NCBI RefSeq assembly: GCF_963921235.1 | Contig: NC_086109.1 | Coordinates: 27,592,001-27,656,000, forward strand | DNA from: Mobula hypostoma | Taxonomy: Eukaryota | Reading direction: 5' to 3' | Length of the DNA: 64,000 nucleotides | Shown here: piece by piece, positions 50,130 to 61,865 of the stretch | Layout: each line of letters starts with the position of its first letter | Numbering within the stretch: position 1 is the first letter of the stretch | The notes under the pieces: generated by a model | What the model was told of the DNA's origin: nothing | What the model saw: the letters and a program-made list of their open reading frames with translations, nothing else | Database searches by the model: none | Made by a program: the position numbers and the translations under genes

Positions 50130-51912
50130 CCCGTGAATGTAAGCCAGCCAATAATATCAAAGAGGATACCAACAGTCTTCCTTTACAGATATATAAAGAG
50201 TAAATGAGAAGGAAAAGTGGATATTGGACCATTTGAAAATTATGCTGGAGAGGTATTAATGGGTGACATTAATGGGCAGATGAACATAACATCTATTTAT
50301 TGTCAGTCTTCACTCTGGAAGACACTAGTGATATTCCAGAAATTTGAGAGTGTTGGGGGGCAGAAGTGAATGTAGTTGCTATTACTAGGAAATTGCTTGG
50401 GAAGATAATTCACCTGGACCAGACAGAGTACAGCCCAGAGTTCTGACAGAGGTAGCTTGAGAGATTGAGGAGGCATTGGTAACGATCTTTCAAGAATCAC
50501 TAGATTCTGAAATGGTTCCAGCGACTTGGAAAATTGCAAATATCATTCCACTCTTTAAGAAGGGAGGGAGGCAAAAGAAAGAAAATTATAGACCAACATA
50601 CATCAAAGTTGCTGGTGAACGCAGCAGGCCAAGCAGCATCTATAGGAAGAGGCGCAGTCGACGTTTCAGGCCGAGACCCTTCGTCAGGACACTTTTTATA
50701 GACCAGTTAGCCGGATTTCAGTTGTTGGGAAGATGTTGGAGTCTATTATCGAGGATAATGTTTTGAGGTACTTGGAGGCACATGACAAAATAAATAGGCC
50801 AAAGTCAGGATGGTTTTCTTAAGAGGAAGCCTTGCCTGACTAATATGTCGGAATTCTTTAAGGAAATAACAGGCAGTACAGAGAAAGGAGAGTCAGTGGA
50901 TGTTCATTACATCAATTTTCAGAAGATCTTTGACAAGGTACGACAAATGAGGCTACTTAACAAGATAAGAGCCCATAGTATTACTGAAGAGATACAGCAT
51001 GGATAGAAAACAGGCCGACTGGTAGGAGACAAGGAGTCGGAATAAGGAGCGATTATTCTGATTGGCTGCCGGTGAGTAATGGTGTTCCGCGGGGTTTAGT
51101 ATTGGTATTGCTTTTCACTTCATATGTCAACAATTTGGATGACAGTATTGATGGCTTTGTAGCTAAGTTAGCAGGAGTTACAAAGACAGGTGGAGTGGCA
51201 GATAGTGTTGAGGAAGTAGGAACTCTGCTGAAGGACATGGACAGTTTGGGAGATTGGGCAAAATGTAGCAGATGTAATATAGTGTAGGGAATTGTATAGT
51301 CATGCACTTTGGTAGAAGAAATAAAGGTGTAGACTACTTTCTAAATGGGAAGAGAATTCAAAAAATCAGAGGCACAATGGGACTTCGGAGTCCTTCTGCA
51401 GGATTCCCTAAAGGTCAACGTGCAGGTTGAGTTGATGTTCATGAAGACAAATGCAATATTACCATTCATTTCAAGAGGACTAGTAGATAAGAGTAAGGAT
51501 GTAATGCTGAGGCATTATACAGCATTAGTCAGACTACACTAGGAGTACTGTGAGCAGTTTTGGGCCCTTATCTAAGATGTGCTAGCATTGGAGATGGTCC
51601 AAAGGAGGTTCACGAGAATGATTCTGGGAATGAATGGGTTAATGTATGACTGGGGGCTCTCAGCCTGTAATCGCTGGAGTTCAGAAAAATGAGGGAGGAC
51701 ATCTCATTGAAACCCTTTAAATATTAAAAGGCCTGAACGAAGTGAATGTGAAAAGGATGTGTCCTACAGTGTGTGAATCTAGGAGCAGAGGGCACAGCCG
51801 CAGAATAGAGGGCTGTCCATTTACAGCAGCAATGAGGAGTTTCTGTGGAATTTATTGCGATAAATGACTATGGAGGCAACGTCATTGGGTATATTCAAAG
51901 CAGAGGGTGATC
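50130..51912 (+). mobile_element. CR1 LINE ORF2 fragment (RT region)
   Basis: IFQESLDS..WKIANIIPLFKKGGRQKKENYRP, GVPRGLVL, FISRGL..MLRHYTALVRLH; degenerate. Confidence 0.88.
50596..50695 (-). mobile_element. 100-nt hammerhead-bearing Penelope pLTR mini-insert inside CR1
   Basis: Minus strand GTC-CTGACGA-AGGGTCTCGGCCT-GAAAC-GTC-GAC. Perfect 10-bp TSD TTATAGACCA (50586-50595, 50696-50705) duplicating the CR1 YRP codons. Confidence 0.85.
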
Positions 51913-52398
51913 ACCTCAAAAGGTGATGCCTGAAAAAGGTGACCACCATCATTAAAAACAACCATCACCCAGGAGATGCCCTCTTCTCATTGCTACCATC
52001 AGAGAGGAGGTCCAGAAATGTGAAGACACATTCCCAGTGTTTTAGGAACAGTTTCTTCCCCTCTGCCTTCTGCTTTCTGAATGGACAATGAACCAACTGA
52101 TGAACACTACCCCACGATTTTTGGCTCTCCTTTATATATTTTATTATGTATTACACTGTAGCGCTGTTACAAAACAAATTTCATGACATATGACAGTGTT
52201 ATTAAACATAAGCCCACACCTTGTCTGCAGCATGCTACCACCCACAATAGAACCCCTACAATTCACCTACCCACATAACTGATCAACAGATGACGCAATA
52301 GCCACAGCTCTACACACTGTCCTTACACATCTGGAGAAGCAGGATGCTTATGTGAGAATGCTGTTCTTGGACTACAGTTCAGCTTCAACACCATAAAT

Positions 52399-53083
52399 GA
52401 GGGAGGAGGAGAAGATGGCGGCGCGACACAGCACGTGCGGCCTCTCCGGTGAAATGATATCGTATTTGTTAAATAGGGGCCGTGCACAATCCTGATTTGA
52501 TGGAGATGGACGTGAGAAGCACGGAGGAACATCTGGAGAAACTTCTGAAATGCCCGGTTCGCTGCCGCTGCTACTGTGCAATCGAGAATTTCTGGAGGGA
52601 AGGCCCCAAATCCTCAGCTTTGCCTGTTGCTGGCGGTTGGGGCTGGGGTCGAAGCGCTCGGCAGAGATGGTGCTCGGTGTCAGAAGGCTGGTTGGAGGCT
52701 CGAAGTTTTCGGACAGACTGAGAGTTGGACTGTGGTTGGGTGCTTCCAGGGCGCTGCATCTGCAAGTTTGCAGCGCTGGAAGCTCATGGCAGGGAGAGTT
52801 TTCTTCCATCTACCGTCTGTGTGAGATGTTGGGACTTTTGAGAGATCTTGAGACTTTTTTTTTTACCGTGCCCATGGTCTGTTCTTCTATCAAATTACGG
52901 TATTGCTTGCACTGTTGTAACTATATGTTATAATTATGTGGTTTTTGTCAGTTTTTCAGTCTTGGTTTGTCTTGTGTTTCTGTGATATCATATTGGAGGA
53001 ACATTGTATCATTTCTTAATGCATGCATTACTAAATGACAATAAAAGAGGACTGGGTGTCCTCATAATCTAATCTAATCTAAT
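52399..53083 (+). mobile_element. Non-autonomous LINE-dependent retroposon (AAGATGGCGGC head, (AATCT)n tail), copy 2
   Basis: Colinear with 11909-12572; AATAAA signal then CATAATCTAATCTAATCTAAT tail; inserted at an AAT site of the Rex-Babar RT. Confidence 0.85.
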
Positions 53084-53740
53084 TCCCCCTAGACTCGACA
53101 ATTCGCTCAGAGACCTTAGCCTTCACCCTGCCTTGTGTAGCTGGATTCTGGACTTCCTGTCAGATCACCAGCAGGTGGTAAGAGTGGGTTCCCTCACCTC
53201 TGCCCCTCACAGGTGCCCCTCAGAGCTGTGTACTAAGCCCCCTCCTTTACTCTCTATACCCATGACTGTCACCAACCACAGCTCCAATCTGCTAATTGAA
53301 AGGGTAAACAGCTTTAAGTCCCTCGGCATACATGTCACCAAGGATCTCACGTGGTCTAAAGCACAACAGTGCCTCTTTCACTTCAGGCAGTTGAAGAAGT
53401 TTGGCATGAGCCCCCAAATCCTATGAACTTTCTACAGGAGCACAGTTGAGAGCATTCTGATTGGCTGCATCACTGCCTGGTACGGGAACTGTACTTCCCT
53501 CAATCGCAGGACTCTGCAGAAAGTGGTGCGGACAGCCCAGCGCATCTGTAGATGTGAACTTCCCACTATTCTGGACATATACAAAGACAGGTGCGTAAAA
53601 AGGGCTTGAAGGATCATTGGAGACCCGAGTCACCCCAACCACAAACTGTTCCAGCTGCTACCATCTGGGAAATGGTACCGCAGCATAAAAGCCAGGACCA
53701 ACAGGCTCCAGGACAGCTTCTTCCACCAGGCCATCAGACA

Positions 53741-56700
53741 AATGGAGTCGAGTCAAGAATGTTCACGTAGTGACCCTGTTAATCCGAAAGGAGACCAATC
53801 CTGACATTACGTGCCAGACCAAGTGATCCAGTGGGTGGTAAAATGATAAAACCCTGGCCCACTGGAAATCATGAAAACCATTAGCCACAACATCGAAGGC
53901 TTCAGCCACAGTAAAGCAAAAATCCTGGCAAACTTAAAACCAGACATCTTGTGCATACAAGAAACCCATAGACTGAACAACGAACCCTATGGGCCAGGAA
54001 TGCACTTGGCTATTGACACCCCTAGCCAAACTTATGGAAGTGCAATTTTTGTTAAAGAGGTATCTATAGTAATGAGCACAGCAAACATCCAAGCTGGCTC
54101 AATGGAACGTCTGAAAGTTGAAACAAAACTCATAAATATCATCTCTGTCTACAAACCCCCTAATGAACCATTAATGTGGTCACCTAACCTATCTCTCCAG
54201 GACAAAATGTACCTCATTATTGGTGACTTTAATAGCCATAGCACCAACTGGGGATATGAAGATGACAATGCAAATGGAGAAGAAGTTGTATCATGGGCTC
54301 TAAACAACAGCCTTGAGCTACTATACGAGTCAAAGGACACTCCTGCCTTCACAAGTGCCAGATGGAGAAAAGGATACAACCCAGACCTTGCCTTTGTTAC
54401 CTCGGCAAGCTCCAACCTGTTCACACCAACAGTCCTCCAACATATACCCAAATCCCAACGTCGCCCAGTCCAGGCAGAATCCCTGCCAGTTCTGAGACCT
54501 GTACCATCAAAGTACCTACCAAGATTTAACCTGAGAAAAGCGAATTGGACATCTTTCGCAGAATCCCTTGATCAACTTATCGATAGCATACGACCAGAAC
54601 CTGACCGTTATGATGAATTTGTCCGACTAATCTGGAAAGTAGCGCAACAGAACATACCTAGAGGCTGCAGAACCAAATATATTCAGGGATTGACTAGTGA
54701 TATCAAGCAAAGTTATGATGAGTATGTCAACTTATATGACCAAGACCCATTTGGTCAAGACACAATTGAAATGGGAGAGTCAGTTCTGTCCCTACTGAGC
54801 CAAGAGAGACAACAGCGTTGGCAGGAGCTGATACAAAACGCAGACACGACTAAGAACAGTAAGGCGGCATGGGCAACTGTTTGAAAACTCAACTCAAACA
54901 ATAGACCACCACAGAGTATTGCTGCCGTAACACCCAATCAGGTTGCCCACCAACTTATACTAAATGGTCGACCAAATAACAAGGAATGGAGGCAAAATAA
55001 AAAGCAACATCAGGAGATGGAGTCAGCTGTCTCAAACGGGAATAACAACTTCCCACCTCTCACCCTAGAAGAATTAAAGGATGAAGTATCACAGCTAAAA
55101 TCCAACAAAGCTGCTGGCATAGATAGTGAATTCCTTAAACATCTTGGACCTAAAGCACTCCACTGGCTTCTGTCCCTTTTTAACTGTTGCCTAAGATCAT
55201 TAAAGATACCTAAAAAGTGGAGAAGAGCCAAAGTTGTTACTCTCCTAAAACCAATAAAGACCTCAACATTCCTAAAAACTACAGACCGATCTCCTTGCTC
55301 TGCACCCTCTATAAACTCTACGAGAGACTCATAATGAAAAGAACATCCCCCTTAGTCGAAGATCTTCTAACACCAGACCAAGCCGGGTTCAGGCCAGGCT
55401 GCTCTTGCTGCGGTCAAGTCCTGAACTTAACCCAGTATATTGAGGATAGCTTTGAAATGCGACAAATTACTGGGGCAGTATTCGTTGACTTAACAGCGGC
55501 ATACGACACTGTGAATCACAGAGGCCTTCTACTGAAATTATCTAAAATGTTAAAGAACAAAACCACAGTCAAAGTAATAAGAAGCCTCCTAGAAAATCGT
55601 AGATTTTATGTAGAAATGAATGGAATTAAGAGTAGGTGGCGTCCACAGAAGAACGGACTACCACAGGGATCAGTCCTGGCACCACCACTATTTAATGTCT
55701 ACACAAACGACCAACAAACCTTTCCTAACATACGCAGGTTTATCTATGCAGATGACCTATGCATAGCAACACAAGCTAACTCCTTCCAAGAAGATGAAGT
55801 ACGACTTACAGCAGCCTTCGACGCAATGAAGCAGTATTATGAAAAATGGTCTCTGAACCCAAATCCATCAAAAACTCAAGTGTGTGCATTCCACCTGAGG
55901 AATCGAGAAGCAGCTCGGAAACTCAAGGTCTTCTGGAGTGGGAAGGAGCTCAGACACCATCCGACTCCAATTTACCTGGGCGTGACACTGGATAGGACGC
56001 TCTCATTCGCCACCCACATCCAAAAACTCCGAGGGAAAGTTGGCTCTCGCAATTCTCTCTTGAAAAAATTAGCAGGCACGAAATGGGGAGCTAATGCTCA
56101 CACACCTAGATCAACTGCCCTAGCACTCTGCTATGCACCTGCAGAATACTGTGCTCCTGTGTGGGGCAGATCAGCCCATGCAAAGAAAATAGACCCATTG
56201 CTTAACAAAGCCTGCTGAATAATCACGGGCACACCGCACCCCACACCCACTAACATCACTTACAGACTTGCAGGCATTGCTCTCCCAGAGATCCGAAGAC
56301 CACCACAACAAAAATTGAAAAAGGTAAACAGAACTCGGATCCATGGCACCCACTATGTGCCAGTTTCTAACTGCCTAAAATCAAGGAAAAGCTTTGCTAC
56401 AGTGGAGGAACTATCGCATAGAACATCCCCCCAAACAGAAGCCAGAACCCTACTAAACAATACAGTGCAAGACCCCACAAAAATATTACCAGACAGGGCA
56501 CTGCTTGACAGACGGAAGTGGTGCACTCTCAACAGAGCGAGAGCGGGAGTTTGTAGGACGGGAGACAATATGGTGAAGTGGGGTTTAAAGACCAGCGAAT
56601 CCTGTGAGTGTTGCGAAAGGGTGCAGAACATTGAACACGTTCTGCGCAACTGCCCACTCTCACTTGATTTAGCTAACACTGACCAGCTCAACATCAACCA

Positions 56701-56745
56701 AACAACACTAGAGTGGCTGGTTGTCTGGTGTGACAAGCTATGATG
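53741..56745 (+). mobile_element. Full-length Vingi (Ingi-related) non-LTR retrotransposon, decayed
   Basis: About 3.0 kb with a single EN+RT frame and no RNase H; stop codon merges into a (TGA)n tail. 8-bp TSD ATCAGACA/ATCAGCCA (53733-53740, 56746-56753). Confidence 0.8.
53871..56743 (+). pseudogene. APE endonuclease plus reverse transcriptase ORF of the Vingi-like LINE (disrupted)
   Basis: EN motifs NIEG, CIQETH, GDFNSH, YNPDLAF; linker VTPNQVAHQLILNG; RT motifs YRPISLL, QAGFRPG, FVDLTAAYDTV, GLPQGSVLAP, YADD, YLGVTLD; C-terminal CEC..HVL.NCP. Stops at 54882 and 56216, frameshift at ~55250. Confidence 0.9.
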
Positions 56746-57112
56746 ATCAGCCAGATTAATTCATGCTGATACAGTTGTATTTCTGTTATACTGACTGTCC
56801 TGTTATACACACTATCAAAAATTACTATAATTTGTACATTGCACATTTAGACGGAGACGTAACGTAAAGATTTTTACTCATGTACATGAAGGATGTAAGA
56901 AATAAAGCCAATTCAATTAGTAGTGTAAAAAAAATAAACATCACTTTGCACCTTGCCCAATTGCTATGAAGGCAAAACTAATTGGAATAAAATTCATTCT
57001 TAAAACATGGTCTGAAAAAGGAAAATTATTTTTTTTATTAACAGATTGCTAACCAATTTATTTTTGGTCTCATGTTAACCTTGTGTGGTCATTGTGCAAA
57101 TTAATAATCCCC

Positions 57113-57490
57113 ATGCCTCTTATATGAGTAGGATGGAGGGGCCGAGATACATCCCAACCAAAGGTGGTGTAAGCTGCTTCTTCCATCCATTAACCCACAG
57201 GTCACCCTGGGGTAAAAGGTGCAGCACCTGCTTAGCACCCTGATCGATGTCACACAAAGCCATGGGAGCAGGTGGTGGATGGTCATGTGAGCAGCTGGTG
57301 CATATCACAAGTCCTGGTTATGTGACCACTGACGCCAGGCAAACAACCTCTAAAGTCTACTAATAATGGCTGGGATCACTCATCTTGTAAAGACACTGCC
57401 CAGGAGGCGGCAATGGCAAACCCCTTCTATAAAACAATTTGCCAAGAACAATAATGGCCATGGATAGACCATAATCACATAGCATGCCAC
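57113..57490 (+). mobile_element. RTE-related non-autonomous element (BovA-like 3' end); second tail fragment at ~57575-57680
   Basis: GGCAATGGCAAACCCCTTCT..TTTGCCAAGAACAATAATGG 3' motif typical of RTE-mobilised SINEs; repeated at ~57583. Confidence 0.55.
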
Positions 57491-59544
57491 AATCCTGTTG
57501 CCTACTTATTAGAGAGCACTAATGCTGGCCTTAGGCTTCCAAATCAGTTCAGGGTTCAATAGCAAAGCCAACCACTGCTTAGAAGGCAATGGTAAACACT
57601 TCTGTAGAAAAATTTGCCAAGAGTAATCATGATCATGGATAGACTGTGTCATATGACATGGCACATAACAAACGAAAGAATCTCAAGCAATTTAAACTCC
57701 CAACTCCCATTTAATAAGGTAGCTGTCCACTTAACAGTATTTGGGAAAGGGCAGGATCTTCACATCAGTACAATTTCTCCAAGGTAGCCCGTGATCATTT
57801 TACTTCAGAATTCCAGCATTGAGTTGAAACATTCACTAGAGATGGATTTTATTGTTAGACAAATGGAAGGACTAGTCAGCGTTACAAACATAACAGTAGG
57901 TTGTCTGACAGCAAATGCTTTATCTTCACAGACCCTCACTTCTATTTTGGTCTCTCTTCCTATAAAGCAAAACTACCAAGGAGAGGGCTGAAGCTGGTAT
58001 GACATTTATTTCGGCCCCCCCCCACCCAATTGGTGCAGATATCCTGTCTCCCAATAACATTATGAAAAATGGGAAAGGGAGGATGGGAAGGTGAGGGGGA
58101 TGTCTGCATATTAATTCCAATCATTGGCATATATTCTATTACAACAATAATTTGATTGTATTCTGAAGATTGTCATTCACTATTGTCCTGCTATCTTAAA
58201 TCTTTAATTTTTGCATTGAATTTGATTCCACTTCAACAGGCACTACGAATGAACAAATTAATTGCTAGTTATGAGATGATGCAAGTGGTGAATGATTACT
58301 GCCTTTGTCCAAGTGACAACTGGTACTGTTCTTGCAAGGGACTTATTTACAGTGAGATATCTTGTGAAATCTCAGACGTCTGGTGGCTGAGACTGGTCCT
58401 TAATGAAACCCGTCCTGTCCATTTCATAACTTTCTCCATCAAAAGGCCAGCCAGAAATTGGAATTAGTACTCTCATCTACAGCCATTTTGGAAATCAAAC
58501 ACAAAAACCTAGAGGAGAACTTCAGTGCGACTTTAAAGTTACGCTGGACTATTGAGGGCTAAGTAATGTTAAACTGGACAATTTCTGTCTCTCTGATGAA
58601 TATAAAAACCTCTTGTGACACTGTTTTGATGAAGTTAGGAGTTCTTGTATGCAGGTCAACGTTTTTGCCCATATTAACATCATAAGGAACAGATTATTAA
58701 GGGTAGTGACTGAAAGCAGCCATGTAGGTTTCATGCTCTTTTCTACTTATCTGAACACTGGATATCTCCATATATGATCTACACACAAAATCAGTGGATG
58801 TTTGCTTTATAAAATTTGGCTGCTTCATTTCTACACAAAATATTTTGGGCGTGCTGAGACAGTGAAAGCTGTTTTCAAAGTACAGCTCTTTTTTTCTTCC
58901 TTTTACTAACAATATTAGCATAGGAGAGTACTTGTTAATGCAGCAGCAAAGGGCAGCCTACTTATAAATGATTACTGACTGCTTTGTATTTACATCTTGG
59001 ACTAAAACTCCAGGGGCCCATTTCTCTACTTCTAATATTTGTATTGCGCTTTGTAGGCATGTTCTCGACACCTGGGACACTAATTACAGCATGCTATAAC
59101 ACTACTATTATTATTATGCGCCAAAGAGGCAGCTCCTCATTTCCTAGCCACTTCACACTCTTTAATGGGGCTACAGAACTGTACAAAAATGACATAAATA
59201 ACACACTTGGTTGACCAGAATGGAGGTTGTCTACCAAGGCTGAATAGTTCATGAATAATACAGACATGGAAATCAGAGAAACTACACTGCATATGGCAAT
59301 TTGCGACCTCAAGGGTGAAAACTATCATGAAGGATATAAACCTCAACGAACTGTCAAGATAAATTTGAAGATTTAATGACGGTGAAGTTCATTGTCATGT
59401 CTGATTTGCTTAGACTCACATATGTAAACGCTAATGCAATATTTTTATCTCTTCCTATCAAATTAAAATATATAAAGGCACAGCTTTTTTAAAAAAATGA
59501 ATTAGCCAAGGAAAATATTTTAAAATGGATACGTTTGCTAAAAT

Positions 59545-60262
59545 TAATTGTACGGGACTTCTGCGAAAAGATGCAGACCCAGTCTGCCGTAGTAAGGATG
59601 TTTCTGAGTGAGTACAGGACATTTGGAAACGGGAGGATGATCATCCAGATTTCATGATCCACCTGGATACTAACAACATAGGCAGGAAGAGAGATGAGGT
59701 TCTACACAGAGAATACAGTATAGGGAGTGAGGTAGGAAGTTAAAAAAAAAGGACTTCTAGTGTTATAATCTTGGGAATACTCCCTGTGCAATGTGCTACT
59801 GAAGACAAAAATAGGAAAATAATACAATTGAATGCATAACAAAAGAGCTGGTTTAGAAGGGAGGATTTCAAATATTTGGATAAGACCATAATGCATATAC
59901 AGGGGCAGAATTAGGTCATTTGGCCCATCGAGTCTGCTCTGCCATTTCATCATGGCTGATCCATTTCCCTCTCAGTCCCAATCTCCTATCTTCGCCCCAT
60001 ATCCCTGCATGTCCTGACAAATCAAGAATCTATCAACCTCTGCCTTAAATATACCCATTGACTTGGCCTCCACAGCCGGCTGTGCCAATGAATTTCACAG
60101 ATTCACCACTCTATGGCTAAAGAAATCCCTCCTCAGCTCTGTTTGGAATGGATGTCCCTCCGTTCTGAGGCTGTGTCCTCTGTAATCAATGGGCTCTCCT
60201 CCAGAGCAGGTGGGAATCTGTGCAAAGATGGGACACACCTAAATTGTCGGAATACCAACATC
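59545..60262. mobile_element. CR1 ORF1 esterase remnant (+) interrupted by a CR1 3' tail (-) at ~59884-60181
   Basis: IHLDTNNIGRKRDEVL (GTND-like) on +; reverse CR1 tail AAGACCATAA..GAGGCTGTGTCCTCT in the middle. Confidence 0.7.
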
Positions 60263-60785
60263 TGTCATGATTGGTTAGTTTAGAAACTGTAGCTGCTTTT
60301 CCCATTGGTTAAGCCATCTGGTGTCCAGTTTCAAATATACCAGGTATAAAGTAGCATGTGGAAGGGCCTTGCTCTCTCTCCCTTTAAGGCAGGCCATGCA
60401 GAAACAATGGGAAGATATGCTCTGCGCGCTTTTAACTAAGTATGTTTGTTGAATATTCAGCTTTGCAGTTTCTGTCACTTGGGGAACATTAATGTTTGGT
60501 CAATTTTGTACTGTTTATAAATAAATGATTAATATATCGATTTGCAGTCAGTGTTTTCTGTCTCACTCACCAGACCAATGAACCTGATTCAACATTACAC
60601 TCTGATGAGGGTATAGACCTTCCAATAGCAATTGGGAGCTAGATGAACAGATAGGCACACAGATAAAGGAGGAACAATAACAGCAGTGGATAATTTTAAC
60701 TTCCACAATATTTACTGCAGGTTAAATATTGTGATCCATTGTTTAGGGAGCAATCAAGTATCTCTAAATGGAGGGCGGAACTTAG

Positions 60786-61865
60786 TCATGATGGTGCTAA
60801 ATGGCCACTCCTTTGCTTGCATCTCTGGAAACAGCTCTGTTTCCATCATTAATATCTCTATTTTTCCCTTTCAGGGTTCTTTTGAAGACCCTGACCTGGA
60901 GTTACACGGTGACTTCGGTTCTTTGCAGGCATGGGACCCGTTCTCGGGGTTTCACGACTAGCCACTATTTGATACGCCAAGGGCACAGCCTAAAAGCTTC
61001 GCTCGCCTTCAGAGGTCTGAATTTCATGGCTCTGGAAATGGATGGATCGAAGGTCGGTGTCCTGGTAGAAGACCGATGTGTTGTGGGAGTTGGAAGATCT
61101 ATGGCTGTGTGCCCAGAGACATGAGATCTTTGGGCACAGAGCACAGTAAAAGCGACGCAACAGACTTTTAACATTGCAAACCAGTGTGTTGTTTGTTATG
61201 TCTCCCCTCTCACTGTGAAACGGAGACATCTCTTTCTCCCTTATTTGGGGGGGGGAGAAAAGAAGGGAGAGAGGGGGAGGGGGAGGGGAGAGAGGGAGGG
61301 GAGAGAGGGAGGGGAGAGAGGGAGGGGAGAGAGGGAGGGGAGAGAGGGAGGGGAGAGAGGGAGGGGAGAGAGGGAGGGGAGAGAGGGAGGGGAGAGAGGG
61401 AGGGGAGAGAGGGAGGGGAGAGAGGGAGGGGAGAGAGGGAGGGGAGAGAGGGAGGGGAGAGAGGGAGGGGAGAGAGGGAGGGGAGAGAGGGAGGGGAGAG
61501 AGGGAGGGGAGAGAGGGAGGGGGACACACACTGACACTGTGGTATGTCGAATACCAGGTGAATGAGTAGTCTTTGGAGTACTGCAAGCCTGTGCCTTTGC
61601 TGTTGCTTTGCTGCACACTTGAGTGCTCGGTGGTGGGTGCCCATGCTTTTTTTTTTGCTGGTGGAGGGGGAGGGGGGATCATTGCTTGTTGCCACTTACG
61701 CGCGGAAAGGAGGAATGGGAGCTGGAGGGGGAACTTTGGGGTTCTAACATTTAACTGTCATTCAATTCTTGGGGAGACTTGTGGATGGTTGCAAAGAAAA
61801 AGCAATTCAGGATCTATATTGGGTACATTTCCCTGACATTAAATGTACCTTTGAAATCTTTGAAA
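60786..61865 (+). mobile_element. Non-autonomous LINE-derived retroposon containing an expanded purine minisatellite
   Basis: 3' part (GGGGTTCTAACATTTAACTGTCATTC..TAAATGTAC..TTGAAA) is shared with the 3' fragment at ~7110-7302; (TTTGAAA)-type tail. Confidence 0.6.
61276..61524 (+). repeat. 13-bp homopurine minisatellite (GAGAGGGAGGGGA)n, about 18-19 copies
   Basis: Directly visible; explains the 13-aa periodic ORFs on both strands. Confidence 0.95.

Larger units (their letters stand above)
52255..56918 (+). mobile_element. Rex-Babar-type LINE (RT fragment to 3' tail), split by two younger insertions
   Basis: [63 protein letters not shown]; resumes at 56746 and ends AATAAAGCCAATTCAATT. Confidence 0.85.

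Noticed and set aside
60990..61695. Long Pro/Ser/Leu-rich and Gly/Glu/Arg-rich ORFs (up to 230 aa)
   Set aside because: They are translations of the 13-bp purine minisatellite, open in several frames on both strands; not genes.
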